Below, piece by piece: positions 37,547-44,955 of a DNA stretch of 64,000 nucleotides; within the stretch, counting starts at the first letter, position 1, and each line of letters opens with the position of its first letter. The notes beneath the pieces are model-generated. The model ran no database searches, had not been told where the DNA came from, and saw nothing but the letters and a program-made list of their open reading frames with translations. The translations under genes were made by a program, and so were the position numbers. Origin of the DNA: a virus; IMG/VR virus record IMGVR_UViG_3300033463_000089, positions 10,707 to 74,706 of that record. One strand, written 5' to 3'.

Positions 37547-37695
37547 GCGTTAAAGACCAGTTTATGAATATGACCTACGCGGTAACGTCTGACTATTCAG
37601 AAGTTCTCCCGTATGTTGACGATGAGCGTTATTTGGTAGCCAATACCTATCACGCTAACGGGTTATTCGACAAGTATTATATAGGACTAAAATGA
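37543..37695 (+). CDS. Small ORF (50 aa)
   Basis: ATGA overlaps at both ends link it to 37424-37546 and 37692-38027. Confidence 0.3.
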   Translation: MSVKDQFMNMTYAVTSDYSEVLPYVDDERYLVANTYHANGLFDKYYIGLK

Positions 37696-38027
37696 TGGAT
37701 ATTATGGATTCAAGCAAATTTCAAATCGTAGAGGACATGAACGAGGTACGTTCTGTGTTCAAGGAGATTTTTGAGGGCAAGACCATCGGCACAGACGATG
37801 TGAAGATGGGCACGTTCTCTAATTCTGTGTGTGCCGCCAAGGTTGAGGGGAATCAGATTACTTTCTCCCTGCCTTTCAACGGCCCGATAGTTCTCTTGTG
37901 CGAGATACTAAAGAAGCACAAGTATAACCGCTCTAATACAATCTTCTGTGAGACGGAGATTAATGACGATAACACGATAGTTATTGCCAAGTACTACACC
38001 AAGGAATTTAAGATGTTCGACATTTAA
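37692..38027 (+). CDS. Hypothetical protein (111 aa)
   Basis: Clean ORF, translationally coupled upstream. Confidence 0.5.
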   Translation: MMDIMDSSKFQIVEDMNEVRSVFKEIFEGKTIGTDDVKMGTFSNSVCAAKVEGNQITFSLPFNGPIVLLCEILKKHKYNRSNTIFCETEINDDNTIVIAKYYTKEFKMFDI

Positions 38028-38038
38028 TCATTTGAGTT

Positions 38039-38389
38039 ATGGATTTCAAAGAGATAATCAAAGACCATTTGGATAAGATGGCACAACAAGACGCAGCATT
38101 TGCGGAGCGTTACAAGTTAGAGACTAAGAATCTTGACGATTGCATCAAGTACATCACGTCAGAAGCAAGGAAGCAAGCAAAGAACAATTGCGCGGCTATC
38201 CAAGATGCAGTCGTGTTCGGGTGGGCGGTTCACTATTACCAGGAAGATAATGTCAAGGTAGATAATGTGAAAGCCAAGGTCGTTACTCCCAAGGCAGAGA
38301 AGCCAAAGGAGATTAAGCCTATCAAGGCTCTTGTCAAGGGCAAGAAGACTACGTGTGTTGAGATTGATATGTTTGCAGGAATGTTTTGA
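38039..38389 (+). CDS. PcfK-like protein
   Basis: 116 aa. FKEIIKDHLDKMAQQDAAFAERYKLETKNLDDCIKYITSEARK...FGWAVHYYQEDNV matches my memory of the PcfK-like family of Bacteroidales conjugative elements. Confidence 0.55.
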   Translation: MDFKEIIKDHLDKMAQQDAAFAERYKLETKNLDDCIKYITSEARKQAKNNCAAIQDAVVFGWAVHYYQEDNVKVDNVKAKVVTPKAEKPKEIKPIKALVKGKKTTCVEIDMFAGMF

Positions 38390-38393
38390 GACT

Positions 38394-39605
38394 ATGAGAC
38401 CGAGAAATAAGTATGAGAAGAGGGTGGCTGAACTTAACGCCACTCTCTCCGAAGATATTGCCGCCACAAATGTGGAATGGGTTAAGGAAGCGTGTAAGTC
38501 ATGGGATATGGCGCACTTCTGTTACTTCTGTGTTCACTCCAACATGGCAGAGTTTAGGGTGCGTAGGCTTTACCGCGTCTACAAGTTCCCCGATAAGAGT
38601 ACCGTACACTTCTTTTTCGTGGAGATTATGCGCGAGTTCAAGGATGGTTCCACAAAGCTTTACTTCGGTAAGCAAAGGACTATGGGTTATTACTTTGACT
38701 GCTTCATCTATAATTCTGATTTGGAGTTACGCGGTGTCAGCAAGAACTACGCAGGGTACGACATTACTCAACTCTTCGACCTCTCTATGGATTCTGTGCC
38801 GGAGGATAACGTGTCAGAGCGTATTGACTGCGTACACATCGACCCCAAGGAGTTAGGCAGGGTTATTCGGAACAATCCAGTAGCCGAGACCTTATACAAG
38901 ACTGGCGACCCGTTGTTTGTTCATCTTCTGTGGGGTTCTTACCCCAAGCAGATTTGCAGAGCCATTACACTGGCAAAGCGACATGGTTTTGTATTCACAG
39001 AGCAAAGCACACCTATTTGGTTTGATATGGTTCGTTCTATCTGTTACTGCAAGAAAGACTTCCACAATCCGGTCTACATTGCCCCCGACGACCTCATGGC
39101 AACACATCAGATGTTTACCACCATGCTTTTCCGTAAGCAGAGAAAGAACAGAGAACAAAGGGCACGTAGACGCGAGGAACTGCGGTTGCAGCGTGAATAT
39201 GAGTATATCCACAAGCAGCTTGAAGAGGACAAGACTATCAATGAAAAGTACATCAAGCGCAGGAAGAGGTTCTACGACATGGTGCTTACTGATGGTCTGA
39301 TAGAGTGCAGGGTTCTGCGTGACGTTAAGGAGTTTGAGGAAGAGGGCAAGGCTATGTGCCATTGCGTTTACAAGTGCGAGTATTTCAAGAAGCCTTACTC
39401 GCTGATTCTCTCCGCAAGGATAGGGGATAAGCGCATCGAGACTATTGAGGTTGATTTGAGCCACTATTCCATCAAGCAATGCTACGGCAAGCACGACCAG
39501 TTTACGATGTATCACGACCGCATCGTGAGCCTTGTCGCATCGCAGATGGAAACGATTAAGGCTTATAACAGAAGACGTACAACTAAAATCAAGATTGCAG
39601 TATGA
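38394..39605 (+). CDS. PcfJ-like protein
   Basis: 403 aa from ATG 38394. Located directly downstream of the PcfK-like gene, as in conjugative elements. The C-terminal MCHCVYKCEYFKKPYSLILSARIGDKRIETIEV...IKQCYG resembles the PcfJ domain (from memory). Confidence 0.5.
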   Translation: MRPRNKYEKRVAELNATLSEDIAATNVEWVKEACKSWDMAHFCYFCVHSNMAEFRVRRLYRVYKFPDKSTVHFFFVEIMREFKDGSTKLYFGKQRTMGYYFDCFIYNSDLELRGVSKNYAGYDITQLFDLSMDSVPEDNVSERIDCVHIDPKELGRVIRNNPVAETLYKTGDPLFVHLLWGSYPKQICRAITLAKRHGFVFTEQSTPIWFDMVRSICYCKKDFHNPVYIAPDDLMATHQMFTTMLFRKQRKNREQRARRREELRLQREYEYIHKQLEEDKTINEKYIKRRKRFYDMVLTDGLIECRVLRDVKEFEEEGKAMCHCVYKCEYFKKPYSLILSARIGDKRIETIEVDLSHYSIKQCYGKHDQFTMYHDRIVSLVASQMETIKAYNRRRTTKIKIAV

Positions 39606-39761
39606 AACGCTTAGTATTAACCATAATTTTCATCATCCTATTCCTAATAGGTTTATTAGGATAGGTCGGGAGGGGTTTTCCTATAATTTTCCCCCTACCC
39701 TTTTTTCCCTCGGTTCGTGAGAATAGAGGGTTTTGTTTGAACTATACTTTATCTGATAGGA

Positions 39762-39796
39762 GGGGAGGGACTTTCGCGGTCTCTCCCCTTTTTTGT
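39762..39796 (+). terminator. Rho-independent terminator of the accessory operon
   Basis: GGGGAGGG (39762-39769) pairs with CTCTCCCC (39781-39788), followed by TTTTTTG. Confidence 0.7.
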
Positions 39797-39797
39797 T

Positions 39798-40940
39798 TTA
39801 TACTCTCTCATAGTTAACCATACTATCTACGATTGTCTTATCCAGTACCTTCGCGTAGGTGCGTTCAGTCTCTCGGATTGTCGAGTGCCCCAAGATATGT
39901 TGAACGATGTGCATGGGTACGTTTCCTTCATTCAGTAAGAGCGTAGCACCAGTATGCCTTGCCCAATGGGTGGTTACCGCCTTGTCTATCTGTGCGTAGT
40001 TGACTGCGATTTTCAGATAGGCGTTGTACTTGACGTTACTGATGATGGGCAGCTTGTTCTTGTACTTCTTCAAGATTTGAATCGCCGGTTCAAGCAAGAC
40101 CACCATAAACTCCTGCCCCGTCTTTGTCCTCTTGGATTTGTAGACCTTTCTCCCGTTCACGGAGATACATTTCTTGTAGTCAAACTCCGCTAAGTCTGAA
40201 TAACTCATCATCGTGTACGTCTGGAACACGAACACATCTCTTACCCTCTCCAAGCACTTGTCCTTGATTATGCAGGTTTCAAAGCGGTGGAACTCTTCGG
40301 GTGTCAGATACCTCGTCAGTCCGCTTTCATTCCCTCGCTTGATGTCTAACCGGCTATAAGGATTGCGCTTGATTAGACCATCTTCCATAGCCTGCAGGAT
40401 AAAGTACTTCATGAACTTGTGGTAGTTCCACCTTGATTGCTCTTTCAGACCTTTCTTCTTCAAGACCTTATCCATGTTAAGGATATTGTTCTCCGTCACG
40501 TCTGAAAAGTACACAATCCCTTTCCAGTCCTCTAAGAACCGCAGGAATAGTTCGTAGTGTTCCTTTGTTCCTGCCGAGATACTACTATACTTCCACCTCG
40601 CCCTTTCTCGGGCAAAGTCGATGAAGTTGTCTGTCCTCTGCAGTTCCTCCGCCAGTATCTTCGGGAGTGCGTCAAGGTTCAAGGCGTTCTCGCTAATCAT
40701 GCGCGTTATTATCTCCCTCGTCTTGCGCTTGACCATGCGTAACTGCTCGTTCAGTTCCTCATAGTCCTCCCTGCAGGCACTAACTTCCCCGTGAGACCAT
40801 TCCTTGGGGAATAGCTTCACGCCAGTTGTGATGTACTTACGCTTCTTGTCTGCGTACACTACTAACTCTACTTGTGCAGCCGTTGTCTTGCTGCCGCGAC
40901 CTCTTCGGTCATAAACAAATGTTAAACTCGGTATAACCAT
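39798..40940 (-). CDS. int: Tyrosine recombinase / phage integrase (IntDOT-like active-site layout)
   Basis: 380 aa. HWARHTGATLLL and HILGHSTIRETERTYAKV supply H-x-x-R, His and the Tyr nucleophile. The box I position reads TMMSYSDL (Ser instead of Arg), with an Arg 12 residues upstream (RVRDVF). Confidence 0.9.
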   Translation of the reverse strand: MVIPSLTFVYDRRGRGSKTTAAQVELVVYADKKRKYITTGVKLFPKEWSHGEVSACREDYEELNEQLRMVKRKTREIITRMISENALNLDALPKILAEELQRTDNFIDFARERARWKYSSISAGTKEHYELFLRFLEDWKGIVYFSDVTENNILNMDKVLKKKGLKEQSRWNYHKFMKYFILQAMEDGLIKRNPYSRLDIKRGNESGLTRYLTPEEFHRFETCIIKDKCLERVRDVFVFQTYTMMSYSDLAEFDYKKCISVNGRKVYKSKRTKTGQEFMVVLLEPAIQILKKYKNKLPIISNVKYNAYLKIAVNYAQIDKAVTTHWARHTGATLLLNEGNVPMHIVQHILGHSTIRETERTYAKVLDKTIVDSMVNYERV

Positions 40941-40976
40941 TGCTTTTGAAATGTTAAATTAATAATATTTAAGTCT

Positions 40977-41061
40977 TTTGGTAGCATTGTCATTTTTTGG
41001 TAGCACATTTGGTAGCACAAAAGCAGCAAATGATAGCAAAAGATAACAAAAGATAGCAAAT
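40977..41061. repeat. Short direct repeats upstream of int: TTTGGTAGCA x3 and tandem GATA[G/A]CAAA[A/T] x3
   Basis: TTTGGTAGCA at 40977-40986, 40996-41005 and 41008-41017. Perfect tandem 10-mers at 41032-41061. Confidence 0.8.
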
Positions 41062-41266
41062 AGACTTTTTTTTAATTAGACACTCGAAAAGCCCTTTAAT
41101 TAAGCGGTTTTCCACGAATTACACTCTCTTTCAACGAATTAGGAGAGCCGTTATTAATCGACTCTCCTACTCCCCTTTGTGATTCCGGCGGGGTCGGTGT
41201 CGATTTTCAACCTTGTGTATTGTGTATCAACCACTTAGGACTTTAATTTTTGTTCGTTTTTCTGCC

Positions 41267-41276
41267 TTTGGTAGCA
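41267..41276. repeat. Fourth copy of TTTGGTAGCA
   Basis: Exact match 250 nt from the cluster. ACGAATTA x2 (41114-41121, 41134-41141) and the palindrome AGGAGAG/CTCTCCT (41141-41168) lie between them. Confidence 0.7.
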
Positions 41277-41383
41277 AGAATGTATCACGTTTTTTCAGAT
41301 ATTTTCTTACAAAATTTTCTTACCATGCTCTTTACTCGGTTTAATAAAACTTAATGTGGTATTGCCCTATCCGGCTTTTAGCC

Positions 41384-41391
41384 TATCTTTG
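41384..41391 (+). promoter_or_regulatory. TAnnTTTG box (TATCTTTG) in conserved box GCCTATCTTTGCACCCGACAA
   Basis: Third copy of the conserved promoter box. About 110 nt upstream of a strong terminator. Confidence 0.45.
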
Positions 41392-41396
41392 CACCC

Positions 41397-41510
41397 GACA
41401 AGCTGAGTTGTCTGTGGAACAATGTGAGAATCTTCATACCTCAGATAACATCGAAAGATGTTGGGATGCCCCCGTCAGTAACCTCAGCTAACGCTGACGG
41501 GGGTTTTCTT
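41397..41510 (+). ncRNA. Candidate ~110-nt small RNA (promoter box to intrinsic terminator)
   Basis: Bounded by the promoter box at 41384-41391 and the terminator at 41468-41510. Contains GAAA-capped hairpin ACATC-GAAA-GATGT (41448-41461). The overlapping ORF has only a GTG start and poor composition. Confidence 0.35.
41468..41510 (+). terminator. Rho-independent terminator
   Basis: CCCCCGTCAG (41469-41478) pairs with CTGACGGGGG (41494-41503), followed by TTTTCTT. Confidence 0.7.
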
Positions 41511-41838
41511 CCACCAAATACTTACTGGAAGCAGTTAATCACCGTACTGCGTCAGACTTACCAACTGACAGATAAACAACGGCAGTCTTTTTGGAAACGG
41601 AGAGCCAAATCCTGAAACGAGACACCCAATAACAGGTCTGCAAGGTCGAAAAACGACTTATTTTACTCCGATAAGAGCTGTTCAGTATCAGTGTTCCAAA
41701 AAAGGCTTAGAACGTAGAAGAAAACTTAGCAATAAGAGGTAATAAATAATCTTCGAGTTCTCCCCTGCAACCCCTATCTTGCAGTATTGGGTGGACTATA
41801 TATATAACCAATCAACATCATGTCAAAGAACGTATAGT

Positions 41839-41950
41839 ATGAATCAGATTGAACGTTTTTCAGAACTAATGGATAGTGTCAGAAGAGAAAACCCTGCAGA
41901 ATGGGTTAAACTCTATTGTTTGGCCGGCAGAATGGGTCTCATGCCTACCC
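41839..41950 (+). pseudogene. Remnant of a paralog of gene 4311-4682
   Basis: MNQIERFSELMDSVRRENPAEWVKLYCLAGRMGLM aligns with NFVNFQETMDLIREGAPVQWVKLYMEAVKMGII, and the DNA is also similar. Downstream the frame becomes Arg/Leu/Phe-rich antisense of the 71-aa gene. Confidence 0.45.
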
Positions 41951-42160
41951 ATTATTCTTTTTTCGGGCGTTGTAAGCTGCGATTACGACATCTGATAGTT
42001 CGTCTCTTAGGCTTTCGGGTATTTTTTCGACTATATCAGAGGTTATATCCGTGTTAATCGCCCACTCGTTTATCTGTTCGCGCGTCATCCCGTAGCTTTC
42101 CGGATTGCCTATCGCATCCTTTAGCATTTGAAGTTTTTGTTCTAACACTTTCTTATCCAT
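41945..42160 (-). CDS. Hypothetical acidic protein (71 aa) co-transcribed with the repressor
   Basis: Starts 2 nt after the repressor stop. Confidence 0.45.
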   Translation of the reverse strand: MDKKVLEQKLQMLKDAIGNPESYGMTREQINEWAINTDITSDIVEKIPESLRDELSDVVIAAYNARKKNNG

Positions 42161-42161
42161 A

Positions 42162-42848
42162 TCACAATATCCTTAGTACTCCTACACATCTGTAAAATGC
42201 GTGAATCATGTCGCGCTCAATGAGAAAATCGGGGAACTCTTCTTTGTTATAAGATACACATCTGACGTACTCCTTGCCTTTCTCTTCGTGCGGATAGATT
42301 CGTTTGAACTTCGGGCCATCGTCAGTATCAAGTAGAAAATCGTTGCCCCACTCTGGGAAGTTAGCCTTTTTGAAGAATATCTCATCACCCCTATCGTACT
42401 TAGGCGACATTCTGTTGTTTTTTAGAATCAGCGAGAAATCATAGTCAGAGAATTGTGTGATGATTGGCTTTTCCATACATAACTTTCGCTTCATGCCCTC
42501 GCCATAGTACTGTTCGATATGCCCCTCGGACATGAACTTGGGCAGACGTGGGCGTGTAGGCAGTTTATCCATGTGCTTCTGCAGTTCTGTCACGTCTGCC
42601 AGTTCCTGCTCTTGTCTGAACATTTCTCCCGTTCCGAACAAAAGCCATTCCTTTCTGACATCAGGGTAAACGGCAAGCAGCTTTGGGATAAATGTCTGTG
42701 TCGGGATCTTCCTATTGCCGGTCGTTATCTTAGTTAAAGAGGAATAGTCGAAATCTATCTTCTCTGCAAACTCTCTTTGGCTCAAACCTAATGTTTCAAG
42801 CAACATTCTTAGCCTTACTCTTCTCTCTTTGTCTTGATTCTCTTCCAT
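42162..42848 (-). CDS. CI-like repressor: XRE HTH plus S24/LexA-like C-terminal domain
   Basis: 228 aa from ATG 42848. HTH LSQREFAEKIDFDYSSLTKITTG. NNRMSPKYDRGDEIFF and PKFKRIY are candidates for the Ser-Lys dyad. The operator repeats overlap the longer ORF-track start. Confidence 0.7.
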   Translation of the reverse strand: MEENQDKERRVRLRMLLETLGLSQREFAEKIDFDYSSLTKITTGNRKIPTQTFIPKLLAVYPDVRKEWLLFGTGEMFRQEQELADVTELQKHMDKLPTRPRLPKFMSEGHIEQYYGEGMKRKLCMEKPIITQFSDYDFSLILKNNRMSPKYDRGDEIFFKKANFPEWGNDFLLDTDDGPKFKRIYPHEEKGKEYVRCVSYNKEEFPDFLIERDMIHAFYRCVGVLRIL

Positions 42849-42874
42849 AGTTGGCAATCCTTTCCTTAAATTCT

Positions 42875-42921
42875 GCAAAGTTTTCACAATGTACGCTAAA
42901 ATATTTGGCAAAGTTTTCACA
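42875..42921. promoter_or_regulatory. Two exact 14-bp direct repeats GCAAAGTTTTCACA, candidate operators
   Basis: Copies at 42875-42888 and 42908-42921 (33-bp spacing), between the repressor start and the early promoter box. Confidence 0.5.
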
Positions 42922-42937
42922 TTTGGAAAATAATGCC

Positions 42938-42945
42938 TATCTTTG
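42938..42945 (+). promoter_or_regulatory. Early promoter box TATCTTTG within GCCTATCTTTGCCCCGTCAAT
   Basis: Matches TAnnTTTG. Divergent from the repressor gene and upstream of the long + strand early operon. Confidence 0.55.
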
Positions 42946-43104
42946 CCCCGTCAATCAATTAGTTTTGAAATGACAAAGGCTTCGGCTGGTGCGAGGGTTA
43001 AAAACCTCTCCAAACCGCTTGAACACCGCAAAGATAGGGAATTATCCTCAACCATCCAAGCCTTAACCATGATTATTTAATTTAATTAATAAATTTTAGT
43101 GTGT

Positions 43105-43329
43105 ATGAATGTATCAACAGACGCAATCAGAGCCATCAAGCCGGGCACAATCGAGCCTTTTCATTGTGACGGAGATAAGATGTTTTCCGTTGCCACAACG
43201 CTCTCCTGTTTGAAGCGCAAAGGTCTTCCGGAGGGTGTCGTGGACTACGAACATCAGAAGTTTTTCGACAAGAATATCATCATCATCCATGCCCTTGGAG
43301 AGAATGATTCCTATGTATTAAACCAGTAA
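43105..43329 (+). CDS. First early-operon protein (74 aa, unknown)
   Basis: Start set at ATG 43105, because the ORF-track start is a GTG 6 nt upstream. No HTH is evident. Confidence 0.45.
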   Translation: MNVSTDAIRAIKPGTIEPFHCDGDKMFSVATTLSCLKRKGLPEGVVDYEHQKFFDKNIIIIHALGENDSYVLNQ

Positions 43330-43345
43330 CTAAAACCATAAAGGT

Positions 43346-44137
43346 ATGAAGACAGAAATGATTAAGTTTGGCGAAAGCCAAAAGATGAGCAGCTTGGAAA
43401 TTGCAAAGCTGACGGGTAAGCCACACAATGACGTGATGAAGGCCATTCGCAAGATGGAGCCTGCTTGGGAGAAAGTGCATGAGGGAAAATTTTCCCTAAT
43501 GTTCCGAGAGACTGAAATCGGTAACGGGGCAACAAGGAAAGACCCTTACTACGAATTAACCAAGACCGAGTGCCTTTACGTTGCCACCAAGTTCAACGAT
43601 GAAGCAAGAGCAAAACTTGTTCTTCGTTGGGAGGAACTGGAAACAAAGCAGCACACTTCCATGACGGCACTACCAGACTTTACGAATCCGGCAGAAGCCG
43701 CCCGTGCCTGGGCAGAGCAGTTTGAGCAGAAGCAGATTGAAGCAAAGCGTGCTGATGAAGCAGAAGCGCAGGTATTGTCTCTTACGCAGGAGATAGCCAC
43801 CATGCAGCCAAAGGTCAGCTATTACGACAATATCCTTGCCAACAAGTCTACGGTACTCACTACGCAGATTGCGCAGGACTACGGAATGTCGGCCAAGGCT
43901 CTTAACAAAACCCTTAACGAGTTAGGTATTCAGCGCAAGGTAAACGACCAATGGATTCTGTACGCCCCGTATATCGGTATGGGTTATGTTCAATCTAAGC
44001 AAGTCACGATTACCCATAGCAACGGCTTCCAGTCTGTTAAGCTAAATACCGAATGGACGCAGAAAGGCCGTCTCTTCCTCTACGAAGAACTGAAAAAGCA
44101 CAATATACTTCCACTTATTGAAACTAACAATAAGTAA
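43346..44137 (+). CDS. Antirepressor (Rha-like N-terminal domain plus KilAC/ANT-like C-terminal domain)
   Basis: [23 protein letters not shown]...[32 protein letters not shown], then [36 protein letters not shown]. Confidence 0.75.
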   Translation: MKTEMIKFGESQKMSSLEIAKLTGKPHNDVMKAIRKMEPAWEKVHEGKFSLMFRETEIGNGATRKDPYYELTKTECLYVATKFNDEARAKLVLRWEELETKQHTSMTALPDFTNPAEAARAWAEQFEQKQIEAKRADEAEAQVLSLTQEIATMQPKVSYYDNILANKSTVLTTQIAQDYGMSAKALNKTLNELGIQRKVNDQWILYAPYIGMGYVQSKQVTITHSNGFQSVKLNTEWTQKGRLFLYEELKKHNILPLIETNNK

Positions 44138-44138
44138 T

Positions 44139-44378
44139 ATGAAAATAAAAGGTTACGAAGCAAAGAGAGTGAGCCTTGTCGTTGAAGTGTTCGATAATGG
44201 AATCACGACAAAGTGGAGGGATCTGTCCGGCGGTGTTGACCCGTCAAGTTCTGTCGCCGTAGAAGGTGGAGAATCGCAAGCCATAGGCGATGAGATATGG
44301 AGTGACATTAAAGCCTTCATGAGCAACTGCGATGCGAAGAAGGTAAAGGCGGTAATCACTTATACTAAGGAGGGGTGA
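44139..44378 (+). CDS. Hypothetical protein (79 aa)
   Basis: ATG 44139 lies 1 nt after the upstream stop. Confidence 0.45.
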   Translation: MKIKGYEAKRVSLVVEVFDNGITTKWRDLSGGVDPSSSVAVEGGESQAIGDEIWSDIKAFMSNCDAKKVKAVITYTKEG

Positions 44379-44380
44379 GT

Positions 44381-44494
44381 ATGAAACAGAAATGGTACAA
44401 TACTGACTGGTTCGTCTGCACGTCTGCGGCTCTTGGGTTTATTGCTATGGTTGTTGCCAATTACATCTATCACCATGGGCATTTGGTATGGTAA
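44381..44494 (+). CDS. Tiny membrane ORF (37 aa)
   Basis: WFVCTSAALGFIAMVVANYIY helix. Overlaps the next ORF by 7 nt. Confidence 0.3.
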   Translation: MKQKWYNTDWFVCTSAALGFIAMVVANYIYHHGHLVW

Positions 44495-44658
44495 GGGACT
44501 ACATATCCGTAGCAGAGGCGGCAGAGATACTTAGCCTGTCTATAAGCCGCGTGTATCACATCAAGAACAAACTGCCGCATATCAAGTGCGGTAACAAGAA
44601 GCAGTCAAGGATTCTGTTTGTTCGGGATGAGTTGCTTGAAGCATATCAGAATATATAG
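44488..44658 (+). CDS. Small excisionase-like / HTH_17-type DNA-binding protein (56 aa)
   Basis: YISVAEAAEILSLSISRVYHIKNKLPHIK...ILFVRDELLEAY resembles MerR/Xis-type winged-helix proteins. Found by reading; below the ORF-track cut-off. Confidence 0.5.
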   Translation: MVRDYISVAEAAEILSLSISRVYHIKNKLPHIKCGNKKQSRILFVRDELLEAYQNI

Positions 44659-44930
44659 TTATTTATTTGTTTTTATGTAATTCTTTCATTAATCCCTTGG
44701 CGAAGGGGCTGAACTCATTTCTATTTGTAGATGTTTTCATAGTGTTCTTTAATTATTTGTCGTGAGACAAAACCCGGTTAATAGATTGTTTTAATAAGAT
44801 TTTTCATTTCCCCTGCCAGCCGTGAGGTTCGCAGGTTTTACAAGGGAACTGGAAGGCAGAATAGTTATCCCGATGATGTATTATAGTTTTTATTGTCCCA
44901 TTCTGCCGGCCATGCCCGTGAGGGTTAAAG

Positions 44931-44955
44931 AAAGGTTCGAATCCTTTCGTTCCCA
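44931..44955 (+). other. tRNA 3'-half-like element (T-arm plus acceptor 3' strand)
   Basis: AAAGG-TTCGAAT-CCTTT is a canonical 5-bp T-stem with a 7-nt TTCGAAT loop. It is followed by 7 nt CGTTCCC and A. No complete cloverleaf could be built. Confidence 0.4.

Noticed and set aside
38892-39515. 207-aa - strand ORF and 38413-38856 / 38917-39300 + strand ORFs within the PcfJ-like gene
   Set aside because: They are out-of-frame or antisense overlaps of a 403-aa ORF that is coupled to the PcfK-like gene.
41424-41615. 63-aa ORF overlapping the sRNA candidate
   Set aside because: It has a GTG start, reads through a strong intrinsic terminator and has non-protein-like composition.
41922-44911. 15-nt exact inverted repeat (GGCCGGCAGAATGGG at 41922-41936; reverse complement at 44897-44911) as boundaries of an invertible immunity segment
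   Set aside because: A 15-mer inverted match somewhere in 64 kb is expected by chance about once or twice. One copy lies inside a coding remnant, and similarity does not extend beyond the 15 nt. It is worth checking in read data but is not supported on its own.
44844-44955. Complete tRNA or tmRNA gene
   Set aside because: Only the T-arm and acceptor 3' strand are canonical. The possible 5' partner gives a 112-nt molecule with a mismatch at the stem end. I could not build D or anticodon arms, and position 33 of any trial anticodon loop is not U. It is also far too short for a tmRNA.
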